From positions 62,001 to 126,000 of the forward strand of contig KZ538030.1 in assembly GCA_000934665.2 (NCBI GenBank): DNA of 64,000 nucleotides, in the 5' to 3' direction. Shown one piece after another: positions 1 to 21,308 of the stretch. Position numbers and translations under genes: made by a program. Under the pieces are notes generated by a model. The model made no database searches. It saw only the letters and a program-made list of their open reading frames with translations, and was not told the origin of the DNA. Source of the stretch: Catajapyx aquilonaris (lineage: Eukaryota). Every line of letters starts with the position of its first letter. The stretch's first letter is position 1.

Positions 1-450
1 TGCGGTATTGCAGTAATTTTTTTCCGTCCCAAATGCTACGAATCTCAATGCACAAGTTACCCTTATCATGCCTCGGCCTTTATCAAAGAATCTACTGCTG
101 CCGATAAAAATGCCTTATGGCACACTCCTTTACACAGTGAATGTGGGCTTTATCTTTGTTTCCTAGATACCAGTCAGCCACAACTAAAGTGCGGAAAACC
201 AAACGACGATTTGACGTCATCGTTTCCTCCATTGTTGCTTTTTGTTGACACTGTTTATTCATATTGTTCTGTGAGGGTATTTCAATGGAAACCTTGATGA
301 CGTCAGATCGTTGTTTACTTTTCCGCACTTTATGTCAATAGAAAGCTACAAAGTCATGTAGATGGTATGAGAATAAATGGAGTTGGAACTTTAAAAAAAT
401 TGCTGTGGCACATTACACAAAATCATTATGGAATTTTGTATTTTTTTCAG

Positions 451-1746
451 CCAAATAAAGCAAAGCTGGAGCAGCTCTCCAGCCAATTTTTCACCCAAAT
501 CCCGCACAGTTTCGGGCGTCAACGACCCCCTGTTATTGACAGCTTGGACATCACCAGGAAGAAGAAGGATATGCTCTTGGTGCTATCAGACATAGAGCTG
601 GCCCAGAGCATGCAGAAGGAAAACGACGTAAGGAATTTAAACGTTACAGGTATGCAAGTTATTCCGCAAGTTGCACCTTTCAGAAAGAAGTAGCCCAGCT
701 GAATCCAGTGGATGCCAAGTACAAGCTCCTGGAATGCAAACTGGAGTCCCTGGATCCAGCGAAAGATAAGCAGGAGTGTGAGATAATTGAGAAATATATC
801 GAGGCCACCAAGCCTAACCACATCAAGCTGACGCACATGTGGCGCATGGAGAGAGGATCTGATCCCGAGAGGTTTAAGCTTCATGAAGACATCAAGTTCC
901 GCAAATTGTTGTGGCATGGGACCAATGTGGCGGTGGTGGCCGCCATACTGAAGTCAGGCCTACGAATCATGCCCCACTCTGGGGGAAGGGTTGGACGAGG
1001 GATATACTTTGCTTCGCAGAATGAGAAGAGCTCTGGATATGGTGAGTCGACATGCTTGTTCAATGATGTAGAGTTAACTGCAGTAACGACAGCAGTATTG
1101 TCTTACGGAGGATAAGTCGAGGTGCTCTCAAAAAAGTTTGAGAAATTCTTGTGTGGTCTAACAACCCAAAGGACTTAAATCTTCCCTGTTTAGTTGAATG
1201 TATTGATGGGCACTTGCAATTTTAAAACAGGAAAGATGGAATTGCATGCTCCACTGCAAGCGTTGGTAATTTTTTTTTGCTGCAAGATGTTAAGAGTGTT
1301 TCTGTACCTTAGTGGGAACAACCAGATGCAACTGGAAGGGTCAGAACTCCACTGTGGGCCTCATGTTCCTGGCTGAAGTGGCATTGGGGAAGGAAAAAGA
1401 GATAACCTGCGATGATCACAGACTCACCGCAGCCCCTCCAGGCTTCGACAGCATTGTTGCCAGGGGACAGGTTGAGCCAGGTGGGACAGATTTCTCTGCA
1501 TGCAACAATCAGACTATGACTTCACCTATGTATCGTCTGACCTAACGTGACCTGCTGATTTTAGATCCAACTAAAGATGCTAAACTGACTCTGGATGGCT
1601 ACACAATATACGTTCCGCAAGGGAAGGCAATTCAGCAGCCCCAGTTCAACAGTAGCAGCTTCTATCAGAGTGAGTACCTCGTGTACAAGGAGAGCCAGGT
1701 GCGCCTGCGATACCTGCTTGCCTTCAACTTCAACTACGGCGGCTAA
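451..1746 (+). CDS. PARP3: PARP3-like ADP-ribosyltransferase, paralog A (5'-partial; visible exons 451-627, 684-1041, 1313-1480, 1565-1746)
   Basis: The spliced frame stays open across GT-AG introns 628-683, 1042-1312 and 1481-1564. It encodes the helical-domain segment SQFFTQIPHSFGRQRPPVI and catalytic motifs LLWHGT, LRIMPHSGGRVGRGIYFA (PARP3-type) and SEYLVY, so the H-Y-E triad is intact. TAA at 1744-1746. Upstream exons lie outside the window. Confidence 0.9.
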
Positions 1747-2225
1747 CTCAGCATATTCCATGATGATTCTGACTTTGGTGAATACCACGGACGCTATTAC
1801 GCATATGCACTTTATAATACTGTTGACGCTTCACCAAAGAATACAAATTATTAAGTATTACATGTTACGCAACGCAGCTCAAGTTGTTTTCATTTGCAGA
1901 GAATTTGCAGGAACCTTTCCCAATGCGCTGGTTTTGCAGTCTAATGAGTCTTCACATTTATTACAGTAATTACGGTACTGCACCCCTGCCATCTTTTCCA
2001 TTGCCGGGCGCATTCCCACGCCCGCTTATCCAACGTTGCCATATTTCCTCCACAATATCGTATCGACTAGCAATACGATCGTTGGTTGCTAACATTACGT
2101 AAGACGAGGATATGACAGCAGAAATAGCCTTGGCGTAAGTCTAGCATTAATTCTAGTAGTCTAGCAGCCAGAACGTGACATTTTGTACCGCACTGCACAA
2201 GTAGGCATTATCAGGTGCGGTTGTC

Positions 2226-4785
2226 ATGCCCCGTAAACGCACAAAGGCTGCGGCCGCTGCACCTGCAGAGGATGAGGACTGGGCCGGGATGAAAGTCCCT
2301 GCGCTGAGGAAGGCCTGTCAGGACAGAGGGCTGGACGCAACGGGGAACAAGGCAGCCTTGGTGCAACGCCTGCAGGACCAAGCGTACGTAACGCACAAAC
2401 TGCACTATGCAAAATATATAAGACCACTTTCAGGTCGGACGACGATCAACCGAGCCCTCCAAAAGTGAAGAAGGAAGAGAGCTTCAACACCAAGGCCAGA
2501 AAGGCGATTGCGACTGCAGGGAAGCAAGAAGGTGGTAAGAGCACGCACAAAAGGGACGCACAGTGCACTGTGAATGCGGACGTGTACGAAGACTACGATT
2601 GCATGCTGAACCAGACCAATATTGGAAACAACAACAACAAGTACTATATCATCCAGGTGCTGCGGAAGGGGAAGAAATTCTGGACCTGGAACCGGTGGGG
2701 AAGAGTGGTACGTTTTAATTGCTATGTCATTAGCGTAAAGTACAGGGATAATTATTTATAATATGTCGACTACACAAGTGTATATAATAAGTTGTTAGGG
2801 CGTACATGACAAGGCGTTAGTCACATATGATACTATAGCGTACAACGGACTTGTGTCAGCCTTCATGAAATTCAACCGGTGGACTTCAAGAACTTCAGTC
2901 GGACTTCAGAGACATTGACAGGACTTCAAGGACTTTTTCAGGACTTAACAGACTTCGACCGAACTTTCAGTCTCAGTGTACTAAGGACTTCCCAAGTGAC
3001 TAACCCCTCGGTGCATGACATGAAGCGATTGCTGCTGAGGGGGTTGCCAGATAATTTCATAGATAGGATTCCGTCGACTCCTTTTTGTTCATGCTTGTGT
3101 ACCAACAACTGACAGCACTGTCATTGTTTATTGCTTTGATTTGTATGGTAATAAACAGGATGCGATGCGGCTTCGTTAACTCCTCAGGGTGAAACGGGCC
3201 AGAATGCACTGAAGGAAGTGAAGGATGCTGCGGCTGCCATTAAGGATTTCGAGAGCAAGTTTAAGGATAAGACCAAGAATGAGTGGGCCAATCGGGATGA
3301 TTTCGTTCCCGTTGCTGGGAAGTACACGTACTTGGAGATGGCGGATGAAGACAGTGACGAGGAAGAAGAGGACACGATGGACAACATGACTTTTGGGCGG
3401 GCTGCTAAGATCTTGAGTGATCCTAAGAGGGCAAGCAAACTGGACGCTGACACTAGGAGTCTCATGGAGCTGATATTTAATGTCGAGATGATACAAGGAC
3501 AAATGCAGGAGATGGAGTTAGGTAAGGCGACATCAGTGCAATTTTCCAGAAAATAATTCCTGGTAATTTCACAGACATTAAGAAGATGCCGTTGGGTAAG
3601 CTGAGCAAGATCCAGATTGCAAAGGGGTTTGATACACTCGTGGCCATCGAGGATGAACTTAAGAAGAACAAGGTACAAGCTATTCCGATCTTTCATCCGT
3701 CAACTTAATGCCATACTTTGCAATGTTGCAGCCCAACAAAGCAACGCTGGAGCAGCTTTCCAGCCAGTTCTTCACGCAGATTCCGCACAGCTTCGGACGC
3801 AACCGGCCACCAGTTATTGACTGTATGGATGTCATACGGAAGAAAAAGGATATGCTCCTGGTCCTCTCGGACATAGAGCTTGCTCAGAGTATGCAGAAGG
3901 AAAAAGAAGTACGGTTCTTGTACTGGAGCCTGAAAAAGTGAGACTAAACCGAACGTTACTTCCAGAAAGAAATGAAGGATTTGAACGAAGCGGACGCCAA
4001 CTACAAGCGCCTTGAATGCAAACTCGAGTCCATGGATCCAAAGAAGGATAAGAAAGAGTATGATGTGATCATGAAGTACATGGATGCTACTAAGCCTGGC
4101 CACCTTAAGCTGATGCATGTATGGCGTATGGAACGACACTCGGAACCAAAACGGTTCAAGCTGCATCAGGACATTAAGTTTCGGAAGCTGCTGTGGCATG
4201 GTACGAACCTGGCCGTGGTTGCCGCAATTCTCAAATCAGGGCTACGAATCATGCCGCACTCAGGCGGACGGGTCGGTAAAGGGATCTACTTCGCCTCCAG
4301 GAATGAGATGAGTTCATATTTCGGTGAGATGCGTTCATGTTTCTGTTCGTTGAGTGTCTAACGGTATTTCAATTGTAGTGATGCCAGCTACGTTCAAGTG
4401 GAAGGGCCGTGTCATGAAAGTCGGTCTCATGTTCCTAGCGGAAGTGGCTCTGGGGAAAGAGAAGGAGATCACCAAAGATGACTGTAGCCTAGTCACACCG
4501 CCTCCTGGCTTCAACAGCGTCGTTGCCAGGGGGAAAATTGAGCCAGGTGATGACTCTTTTGTTATTGTCAATGCGTGAACCTCGTGTTTCATTTGTGCAT
4601 CGGCAGATCCGAAGAAGGACACGGAGATCGTGCTTGATGGCAACCGTGTTGTCGTGCCTCAGGGAAAACCAATACCACAAGGAAAGTTCAAGAATAGCTT
4701 CTTCTACGACAGCGAGTACCTCGTGTACAGAGAGAGCCAAGTTCGACTCCGCTATTTGATCGCACTTGACTACACCACCAATTAA
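2226..4785 (+). CDS. PARP3: PARP3-like ADP-ribosyltransferase, paralog B: SAP-WGR-helical-catalytic, 581 aa (exons 2226-2383, 2434-2707, 3188-3521, 3575-3672, 3732-3908, 3966-4323, 4379-4546, 4607-4785)
   Basis: Eight exons sum to 1746 nt in one frame and all introns are GT-AG. Motifs: SAP-like MKVPALRKACQDRGLDATGNKAALVQRLQ; WGR-domain YDCMLNQTNIGNNNNKYYIIQ...WNRWGRV; KMPLGKLSK; LLWHGT; LRIMPHSGGRVGKGIYFA; SEYLVY. Exons 5-7 (177/358/168 nt) match paralog A exactly in size. Confidence 0.92.
2848..2992. repeat. Degenerate GGACTTCA-type short-unit repeat in PARP3-B intron 2
   Basis: About ten GACTT/GGACTTCA-like units within 145 bp, in the only long (480 bp) intron of this gene. Confidence 0.6.
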
Positions 4786-5027
4786 GCCGCACAAGAAGTT
4801 AATTGCAGCACAAATGACTCATTTGATCAAGACACTGAATTCCTACGTATGCAATTTGCATTTGTACAACTGGGAGTTGTTATTATTGTTACAGTACTTG
4901 CATGGTATTACTCAAATTGGTGATGGTGTGGGCTGAGGTAACGCTTGTTCTAATCACTAATACCAGAGAATTGTATGCACAGATGTATATTGTAAATGCT
5001 ACTATAAAATATGTTACACAATTATGT

Positions 5028-6052
5028 TCACTCGTCGTAGCCATACAAGAACCCTTCCATGTAGGCCTTCTTCATGTCGTTGGAGCCTCGTCTGATCCTA
5101 CGTCCAATCGGCTCCATGTCATTGTAGCACTTGTGAAAAACGGATTCCACAGCGGCTTGAGCCACTTCCCAGCTGACCTTCCGCACCGCCAGCACGGACT
5201 GAATGGCCTTTTCTTTCACGCAGTCCTGCAATAACTGGAGTTAATGGCCGGGTTCATCGCAATTAATCCGACTCCCACCTGGTGCCTCTCCTTGATGTTG
5301 AAAGGCGAGACCATCCCCTGCATAAACGCGCTCATGAAGCTGCAGTGGGTAAGGTTCGCAGCCCTGATCTCCGTACAGGCCAGGTGGCGCAAGTCCTTGA
5401 AGTCCAGCTTGTGTTTGCAGTAGTCGAACATGTGGATGAACTCGTGGGTCAGAACTCCTTGAACCAACCCGTCCTTCTTGGCCATGTTCTGACACACCAC
5501 GACTTGGTTCAGCTCCGGGTCGTAACCGCCCGATACGGTGGTATCGCACACCTCGCACGATATGTGGCGACGTATGTCCACCTCACTGTCAGAGGGAAAA
5601 GTGACATAATTGTGTAATTATTTATTACATGTTGCATGAATTTTGAGTACCGGTATGCATAATTATTTTCTACACATTACAATGCATTTAGTATGCGTAA
5701 TTATTTTCTATGCTGCAATGAAGGTGTCAAAAACTCTGCTTACCATCCTGAACTTTTGAGTGCATTCATCATGAGCTTCACGACTGGACCTAAGGTAAAA
5801 GTTCATCCCAATTATTTTGTCCAACCATTGTTATTAATTTTCCATGTCCGACTTACTTCTCTTGACGCAGGAGTAGACACTTCTCTCGCACTTTATCTTG
5901 TCAATATTTTCCCTTCCTTCTCCAAGAAACGCGATCTTCCAGAAACCGGGCTTGTACTTCTCCCCTTTCCTCTCCGGGAACAGGTCGTACCCGTACTTCT
6001 CATCCTTCTTGTCCGGCGATCCTCCCCGTCCAACCTCCTCCGATTCTCCCAT
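5028..6052 (-). CDS. ATP23: Mitochondrial inner membrane protease ATP23 homolog (peptidase M76), 248 aa (exons 6052-5857, 5789-5744, 5585-5279, 5225-5028)
   Basis: 747-nt spliced frame with GT-AG introns. Contains SPVVKLMMNALKSSGC, VSGGYDPELNQVVVCQN, the zinc motif THEFIH (HEXXH), HLACTEIRAANL and VFHKCYNDMEPIGR. Confidence 0.93.
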
Positions 6053-6109
6053 ATCCCTTCGCAGCCAAGGGCTCTAAAACTGGGGAGATAAAACTCGGGT
6101 TATTGCGAA

Positions 6110-6420
6110 AAACTCATGTGCTTATGGGCGCCGCCATTTTAAATCTGTAACTAGTTATTGTAACCAGTTGTAGCTACTAACACATAGCTGCTATAAATGG
6201 AATTGCACGGAATTGTAATTTCAGGTTCATTACAGTGTTCTAATGGTAATTTTATATTAGGTAATGTGTGTAAGGACATATGCTTGTTAAATTTGACAAC
6301 AAATACATAAATAAATTCGACTGGATCAATCATGGCTGCCTTTTTTCACCCAGCACGTGACGTCAATCCTCCTGGTCCATGATTGGCTGATTACGTCACA
6401 CCTCCTCCGAGCATTGCCAA
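6110..6420. promoter_or_regulatory. Candidate bidirectional promoter between ATP23 and HDHD5
   Basis: Lies between divergent start codons. YY1-like AAAATGGCGGC on - (6130-6140), ATCATGGCTGCC on + (6329-6340), overlapping E-box/CRE CACGTGACGTCA (6354-6365), and ATTGG plus TTACGTCA (6382-6398). Function is inferred from motifs only. Confidence 0.5.
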
Positions 6421-6747
6421 CCATTACCCTTCAACAATACCCGCACTTGCAGCACATTTAGGCCCATTAGCCCCTGCACTTGCCTTCCTGCTTGTCCATA
6501 CCCAGGTCGAGGCCACTGTTAGAGTACCCTCCTTTGTGTTTGGAAGGGTTCCGAAGGACTTGTGGTGGTGGTGACGTCGGAGGTTGGGTTGGCATCGGAT
6601 TGTGTCACCCAGGCCATCCAGTTGAAGGGGGTATGCCTCGGATGTAATGTTTTTCAATGGCTCATATCAGCATCAGGCAGTGGTGAGGAGGTTATGAGAG
6701 AAGCCTCGGGGACTCGTTGGGTAGTCTGAGGAGACCAGGAGGCAAGC

Positions 6748-15606
<8,859 letters not shown>

Positions 15607-18600
15607 TTGGGGTGAGGCAAGGTTTAACGGAGTGTCACACCATCATAGGAACCTCAATCCCGTTTCCTTGCTTCTTGTTTTCTTCCCACTATTCCCCCTT
15701 TTATTTTTTTAAAAAGTAGATAGGAAACCAATTTTCAGGGTGTGAGCTCCTTGTGGCATGTATAGTGATATGAAAATGATGTCAGTATTTCGCAGGGATG
15801 TCCTCATCGCGACAAATATGTTGGGAAGCTTACATTTCTCACTTAGATCAATTTTTTCAGTTTATTGCTCACTAGTCATTCCACCCGCCATAACAAAATG
15901 AGATATACTCCTGTTTGAAAAAAACAAAAAACAGTAATTGCTCCAAAACTCACCAGTGTCGGGAGCGTATTTTAATCTTGGTAAAACCCCCATCGTCAGG
16001 CTTTTGAAGAGAATCTATTTTATTACACTCGAGGAAGCGTTATGGTTTCAGTTGCAGGGTAAAATCTTTTTGTTTTCCCAAGGTAGAGCTTGCTAGCTGC
16101 ACTAATCAGCAGACTTAATGAGTTTACTTGGATGATTTTTTAAAGCTACTTTAATAGGATCACCTATAGTTTACAATAATATATAGTTTGGAGGTTCTAG
16201 GTTTAATTGTTAGTCAAATTTAATTGAATGCATGTAACTTGTTTGGCGATTGTTGTAGATGTGCTATTAAGTGGTGAAGTGGCAACTGTTGTTGAAGCAG
16301 AAAAATACTGAAAAATGACTGACAATCTAAGTGTGATTAAATGTTTAAAAGGTATGATTAATTTTGGTCCGAAGTTTGCTGGTCAAATGTAATTAATTGT
16401 ATTGTACTGTGTACTGTTCTGTTGTAATAACTTGCTCATTACTCGATTGTCTACTTAATGCGCAACATTGAAGTTGCACGGCAGAAAAAAAACAATCCGC
16501 ACATCTCAATGCGTTTATTTTGGAGGGAAATGGTACTAAATATGTATTTTTTCCCCCCCATCACAATTTTTTTGACTGAGATAAGTTACTTGAAACTATG
16601 GAGTGGTGTTCTGCAATGCAAGTTACAACACAAGTTAGAGTAGTTGACCCCATCCCTATCTCAAAGTCCGTATATGGCAATGTCAGAAAGGAAAAAGGGT
16701 TTTGCGAACAGCATACTATATTTATTTATATTCCCATTGATTGCCCGCATGAATGTGACACTTAACTGTAAATATCAAATCCTGAAAGGGTGCTGGCACC
16801 CCAATGCAACTTTCTCATTGCAAATGCGGATGAATTGAAGTAAAACCCTACTACGTACTCGTACTGGAGAGAAAAAATGGCAATAGGAATGATGCACCTT
16901 TATGGAAATAAAAAGAGTGAGGGTAGCAACCCCTCTTTCAAATCAATATGTGGATTTATTTGGCGACTGTGGACCTTGCAGCTAAATGTTTGATTGGCTT
17001 AGTCAGCCGCATTTTTTCTTTCTTCGACATTGACTCACTTGTGATCAGTGATGCAAATTATAGGATGGGGGCCGCATGTTAATAATTGAATGCATGACAT
17101 GAGGGCAGTCCTTGCTGTTCTGCCTGCTCGTCATACTGGCGCCACATGAAAAGGCAAGTGATGTTGTGGAAAGTACATTGCATGCTCCAGACATGCTTAT
17201 TACACAGGGTGTCCTGTAATGGTCTGCGAGTGGCAACGAATTCAAGTGATGAATCCATAAATGTCCAGACATACGAATTGATTTATCACATACACTCGTA
17301 CAGAATGTCACTGCCAGGCAAGAGTCTTATGGAGCTGCCAGTAGATGAAAGAATAGGTGTAATTGATTATTTATAATTAGAAAATTACAATCATGTTTGT
17401 TGTGTTTCACGTCAAGTAGGGTTCGGTATGATCACATAATATTATCGAGGATTAGACCAGAATTTGGTTGATTCAGGAATTTTTGGGTTGTTTATTGTGA
17501 ATGTTTCCTACTTACGTATCAGTACAGTAATATTTAGTATCTTAGTCATGTATCAGTAGTTAGCTTATGTTTTTAGCATTTCACATGAGTTTTCGGACAA
17601 TTGCTGACTCTTCTTGTGTAATACAAGGTTATGTTGTGATAGGACGTAAGTTTTAGCTTTCACTTTTGCTGCTTCAACTTTGTTAGCCACATTAGCTAAT
17701 AGCAGAGTGATGAGTTCTGCTCAGAGCAGAAGATGAGTCTTTATGTGACCTAAAAATCTCCTATAGTTGCTGTGCTCGGGGGGGATTACAGGGCTGGAGA
17801 AAAGAAAGCAGCTGCGATCTATTCTTGGATCCCACTTACATCTTGAGTAAATCCAGGAAAACTGCACAAATATTTGGCCGTGGTGACTAGGACATCAGAG
17901 ATAATCCGGCTGCTATTGAGTTCATCCGCTACATGAATGAACCTCGCCTGGACAGCACCTCAGGTTAATTTCTTATTTTTTTCTTTCATCTTCCTGTTCA
18001 ATTTATGCATGCAGAAACCTGAACCAATCTCCACTGGAGTACCCAATCCAAATCTGCTGTTCCCTCCGAACAACCCCTCCACTTGAAGAAAGGGCATAAT
18101 AACCTGGAGGGACATGCTGCTGTGTGGAGCAACCCGGCGTGATATTCACTCCAGGCTCCTATGTAGTATTGGACTTTGAAATTCACGACCTGACCCTCGA
18201 TTTTCAGTCATCCGAGTTGCCCCATTGCCACAGCCCACTAGAGCAGAAACCCTTTTTTTCCCCCCCCTTCTTTTCCTTCTACCCCTGTATTCCCATTGCG
18301 ACACTCTTTGCGTGATCAATCCCTCTAGCACGAAACTCCCACAAGGACTTTCCCAAAAAACCTCTCAAAAAAAGTTTGGCCATGTATACCATCCCTAAGT
18401 TCATTTTTGAGAGTAGTGCACTTGGCCCAATCTCATTGTCCTCATCCTATTTTTTTCCTCCAGAGTAAAAAGTAGAGTGGGATCGATTCTAAGCTGTACC
18501 ATAAGCCAAAAAAATTTGCAAATTTTTTGGGGGTGTCTAGGTGGTGAAATGGACCTGAGGGTATGCGGCGTAACGGCTTCATTAGGCTGCCTGACTTGTC

Positions 18601-20009
18601 CTCGTTTGTGTCGTCAAAGACATTTTTCCTTTGGGTGTCTCGGAAAAAAAAGATGATCTCTTTTTTTGGCGTCACTCCGGATAATTTGGAGGGGTGCATT
18701 ACCAGGATGAATTTTTTTGTGTGCAAAATTCCGGTGAAAGTGGTGAGATTACGCGAAATTTTTTGGGACGAGTCCGGTCCTTAAGATGAGCCCGAGTTAT
18801 CTTTATCCCCACAAACTTCGACCCTACCCAGAAATGGGACGCTATAAAAAATGCGCACAAACTTCGACAATAAGTTTTAACTGCAAGTATAGTTAAAAAG
18901 CTAAAAGAAACAAGATTGGGAAATCACGCGAGAGTGATTCGAGTATACTTTTTTCTCATTTGGCAGCGGGAAATGAGACTGACAATTTTGTTGAATACGG
19001 GTACGATACGATTCTAACTGGACAACAACGACATAGAATGTTGTCAGTCTCATTTACCTGTTCTCCAGCTGCTATCACAGTATTGTTACATTTCCCTCCA
19101 AAAGCTAGTCTGCAACAAATGAGTCTACCATTATTGCGTCATTGTTATCGACTCCCGGTTCCCAATTGGGCCATGATCAAAATCCGGGTCGATTTTTACG
19201 ACCATTTTTTTTTTGTTCGTCTAATAGCATTTGTCTGGTTATCTAATATTCAATAGTCTTCGCAAAACTGCAGGAGTCTATTGCTTCCTGGCAAGATAGG
19301 TTGTGTCTCTAATCGAAATGTCTTAGTAGGGGGAAAAAGGAAATAGATAAAACCGGTAGGAAATTCCTTTGGTATATAAGGGGGTATAGAAAACAAAAAA
19401 CTGACTTCCACCTTTGGCATTCCCCCGGAGAAATTAAACCCTAGCTAGAAAATCGTTCCGGAATCTAACTAAATTCGGGCACAAGTTGGCCTGCGATGCC
19501 CCTCGTGTACGCGGAAGATCGATTTGTGCCCTGGAAAAAGGTCAAGGGTTATACCAGGGTAATGAACCTTCTCGAACGTGGTGCCAGTTTTTTTTTTTTG
19601 GTACATTTTTTTTAATTGAACGAAATGTCTGCTTTTTGTGGTGAAAGAAGATCTCAGTCAAAATTTAGGGTTTCAAAAAATATATATATTTTTGTTTTTG
19701 TGAGCATGGGAAACGTCCGGGAACAAATAAGATTTATCTCTTGCGCTGACTGTGACGAATTATGCTTCGGGCCAGAGAGCTGCAGGGGTGCGTTTAGAGT
19801 GATTTTAAAGCATGGCACCCCTGGGATCAGTCAGGGGTTGCCAAAAATATATTTGAAGTGAGATATGTTGCCTGGAAATGCTTGGTGCGGATTTTGAAAT
19901 TTTGATGGTATGATTATAGCATTATTTGTTTATTATAGTTTGTGCATGTACTTATATAAAATTTGATATTTTATCTCAATGTGCGTGTAGCTTCAACTAA
20001 TTCAGGTAT

Positions 20010-20580
20010 GGTTGACCACGTCCAGGAAACATTTTCCAGCTGGGAAATTGCCAGAAAAGTTTGTTATTTTATTTTTTTGTTAAATTTTTTAAATATACTT
20101 AGTTTTACGAGAAAGTGAACAACTAACAATAACTAAAGATCAAACATGTGAATAGGATGCTAAGCATAGTTTATGTTAATTGTAATCAACAAAAATTTTC
20201 AAGCTCATTTCCAGCCGAAAAATGTTATCTGGAGTAGGTGCAACCGAATCTATATGTAATCTAGAAGCTTTTAAGTTGAATGGAAATTGAACAAGTGATC
20301 TATGTATAGGACGCTATGCATACGATGTATGTTAATTGTAATCAACAAAAAAATCAATTTCATTTCCCAGCTGGAAAATGTTTTCTGGTGCATGTGCAAC
20401 TGGTCCTAAGTAGGTATTATAATATATTAGTAGAAGCTTTTAAGCTGATTGGAAATTGAACTAGTAGACTATCCTAAATATATGACTCCAGGCATATGTT
20501 AATTGTAATTTAAAAAATCCAGCTCATTTCCAGCCGGAAAATGTTTTCTGGAGGAGGTGCAACCAGTCCTAAGTATGCAG
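20010..20580. repeat. ~160-bp unit tandem repeat (about 3 copies) plus one inverted partial copy
   Basis: TATGTTAATTGTAAT...CATTTCCAGC.GGAAAATGTTTTCTGG...GTGCAAC recurs from about 20172, 20328 and 20494. The reverse complement of the core is at about 20011-20050. Confidence 0.8.
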
Positions 20581-20675
20581 ATTAGTGACCTGCTTGGTGA
20601 TTGGCAATGACTCATTACACAGCCCAGTTGCACAGTCTTTAAGAGTCCCAACCCCTCTGGATTATATCATCCACC

Positions 20676-20681
20676 NNNNNN
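20676..20681. other. Ambiguous bases (6 N) in a C-rich tract; another single N at 44207
   Basis: N characters are present in the sequence. Confidence 0.99.
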
Positions 20682-20699
20682 CCCACCCTCTCAGATCAC

Positions 20700-21308
20700 A
20701 TTTCTGGCGCATGCTCCAATCACAACCCGGAAAACCAACCCCGGAAACTCCATAGCAAATATGCAGAACGTAAGCCATTTGCACAAAACATTTTTTTTAA
20801 AAGCAAAAAATTCAGCCCCCTTCAAACAGGCCATCTTGTCTCCCCATCTTTATTGTGTTAGTGACCATCGTTGTCTCCATCGAGGTCCTGCCAAATCCGC
20901 ATTGGCGTCTGGCTAAAAAAGGTTTTTCAATGACGCTTCCCCCCCTCCTCTGCTGCCTTCCATGTCTTTTCCCTGAGTGGAGGAGTAGGGTTGGGTTCTG
21001 TAGGAGGGGGGGTTCAGTATTGATCATCACACGCGGCGCCCAGGAGCCACCGGTTGCCAAAATGGCCGACTCTCAGTCCTGAAAGTGCAGTGACCAAGTG
21101 TGGAACTCCGGGTGTCTCCCCCAACCTACAAAATTTGCAAAATTCTTTTTATATAAAAAAAATAACGATACGTACCAGTTGGTTAATAGTTGGCTGGTTA
21201 ATAGTTTTTTTTATCATTTAATTTTTTCCGCGAATTTTTACGGGTGTGTGTGAGTGTGTGTGAGAGAGAGAGAAAAGAGGGGGAGCTTCCCCAGCCCCGT
21301 GCTTTCTA
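20700..21308 (+). promoter_or_regulatory. Candidate promoter/5' UTR of the MDM1-like gene
   Basis: CCAAT (~20716), tandem ETS-like CCGGAA (~20727-20746), YY1-like AAAATGGCCG (21059-21068) opening a 6-codon uORF MADSQS, and a (GT)n(GA)n tract at ~21243-21280, all directly upstream of the first coding exon. Confidence 0.45.

Noticed and set aside
3176..4794. Long minus-strand ORFs (e.g. 3184..3696, 3705..4199) and similar ones opposite PARP3-A, ATP23 and HDHD5
   Set aside because: Antisense shadows of real coding exons with no recognisable domains.
17038..17960. Minus-strand splice-like signals (gtaagt at 17839 with a pyrimidine-rich ag 46 nt on; gtgagt at 17038) and an ICAVFLDLLK string resembling LINE reverse transcriptase
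   Set aside because: All frames stop quickly and the RT motif lacks the following AFD. A lncRNA cannot be excluded but is unsupported without RNA data.
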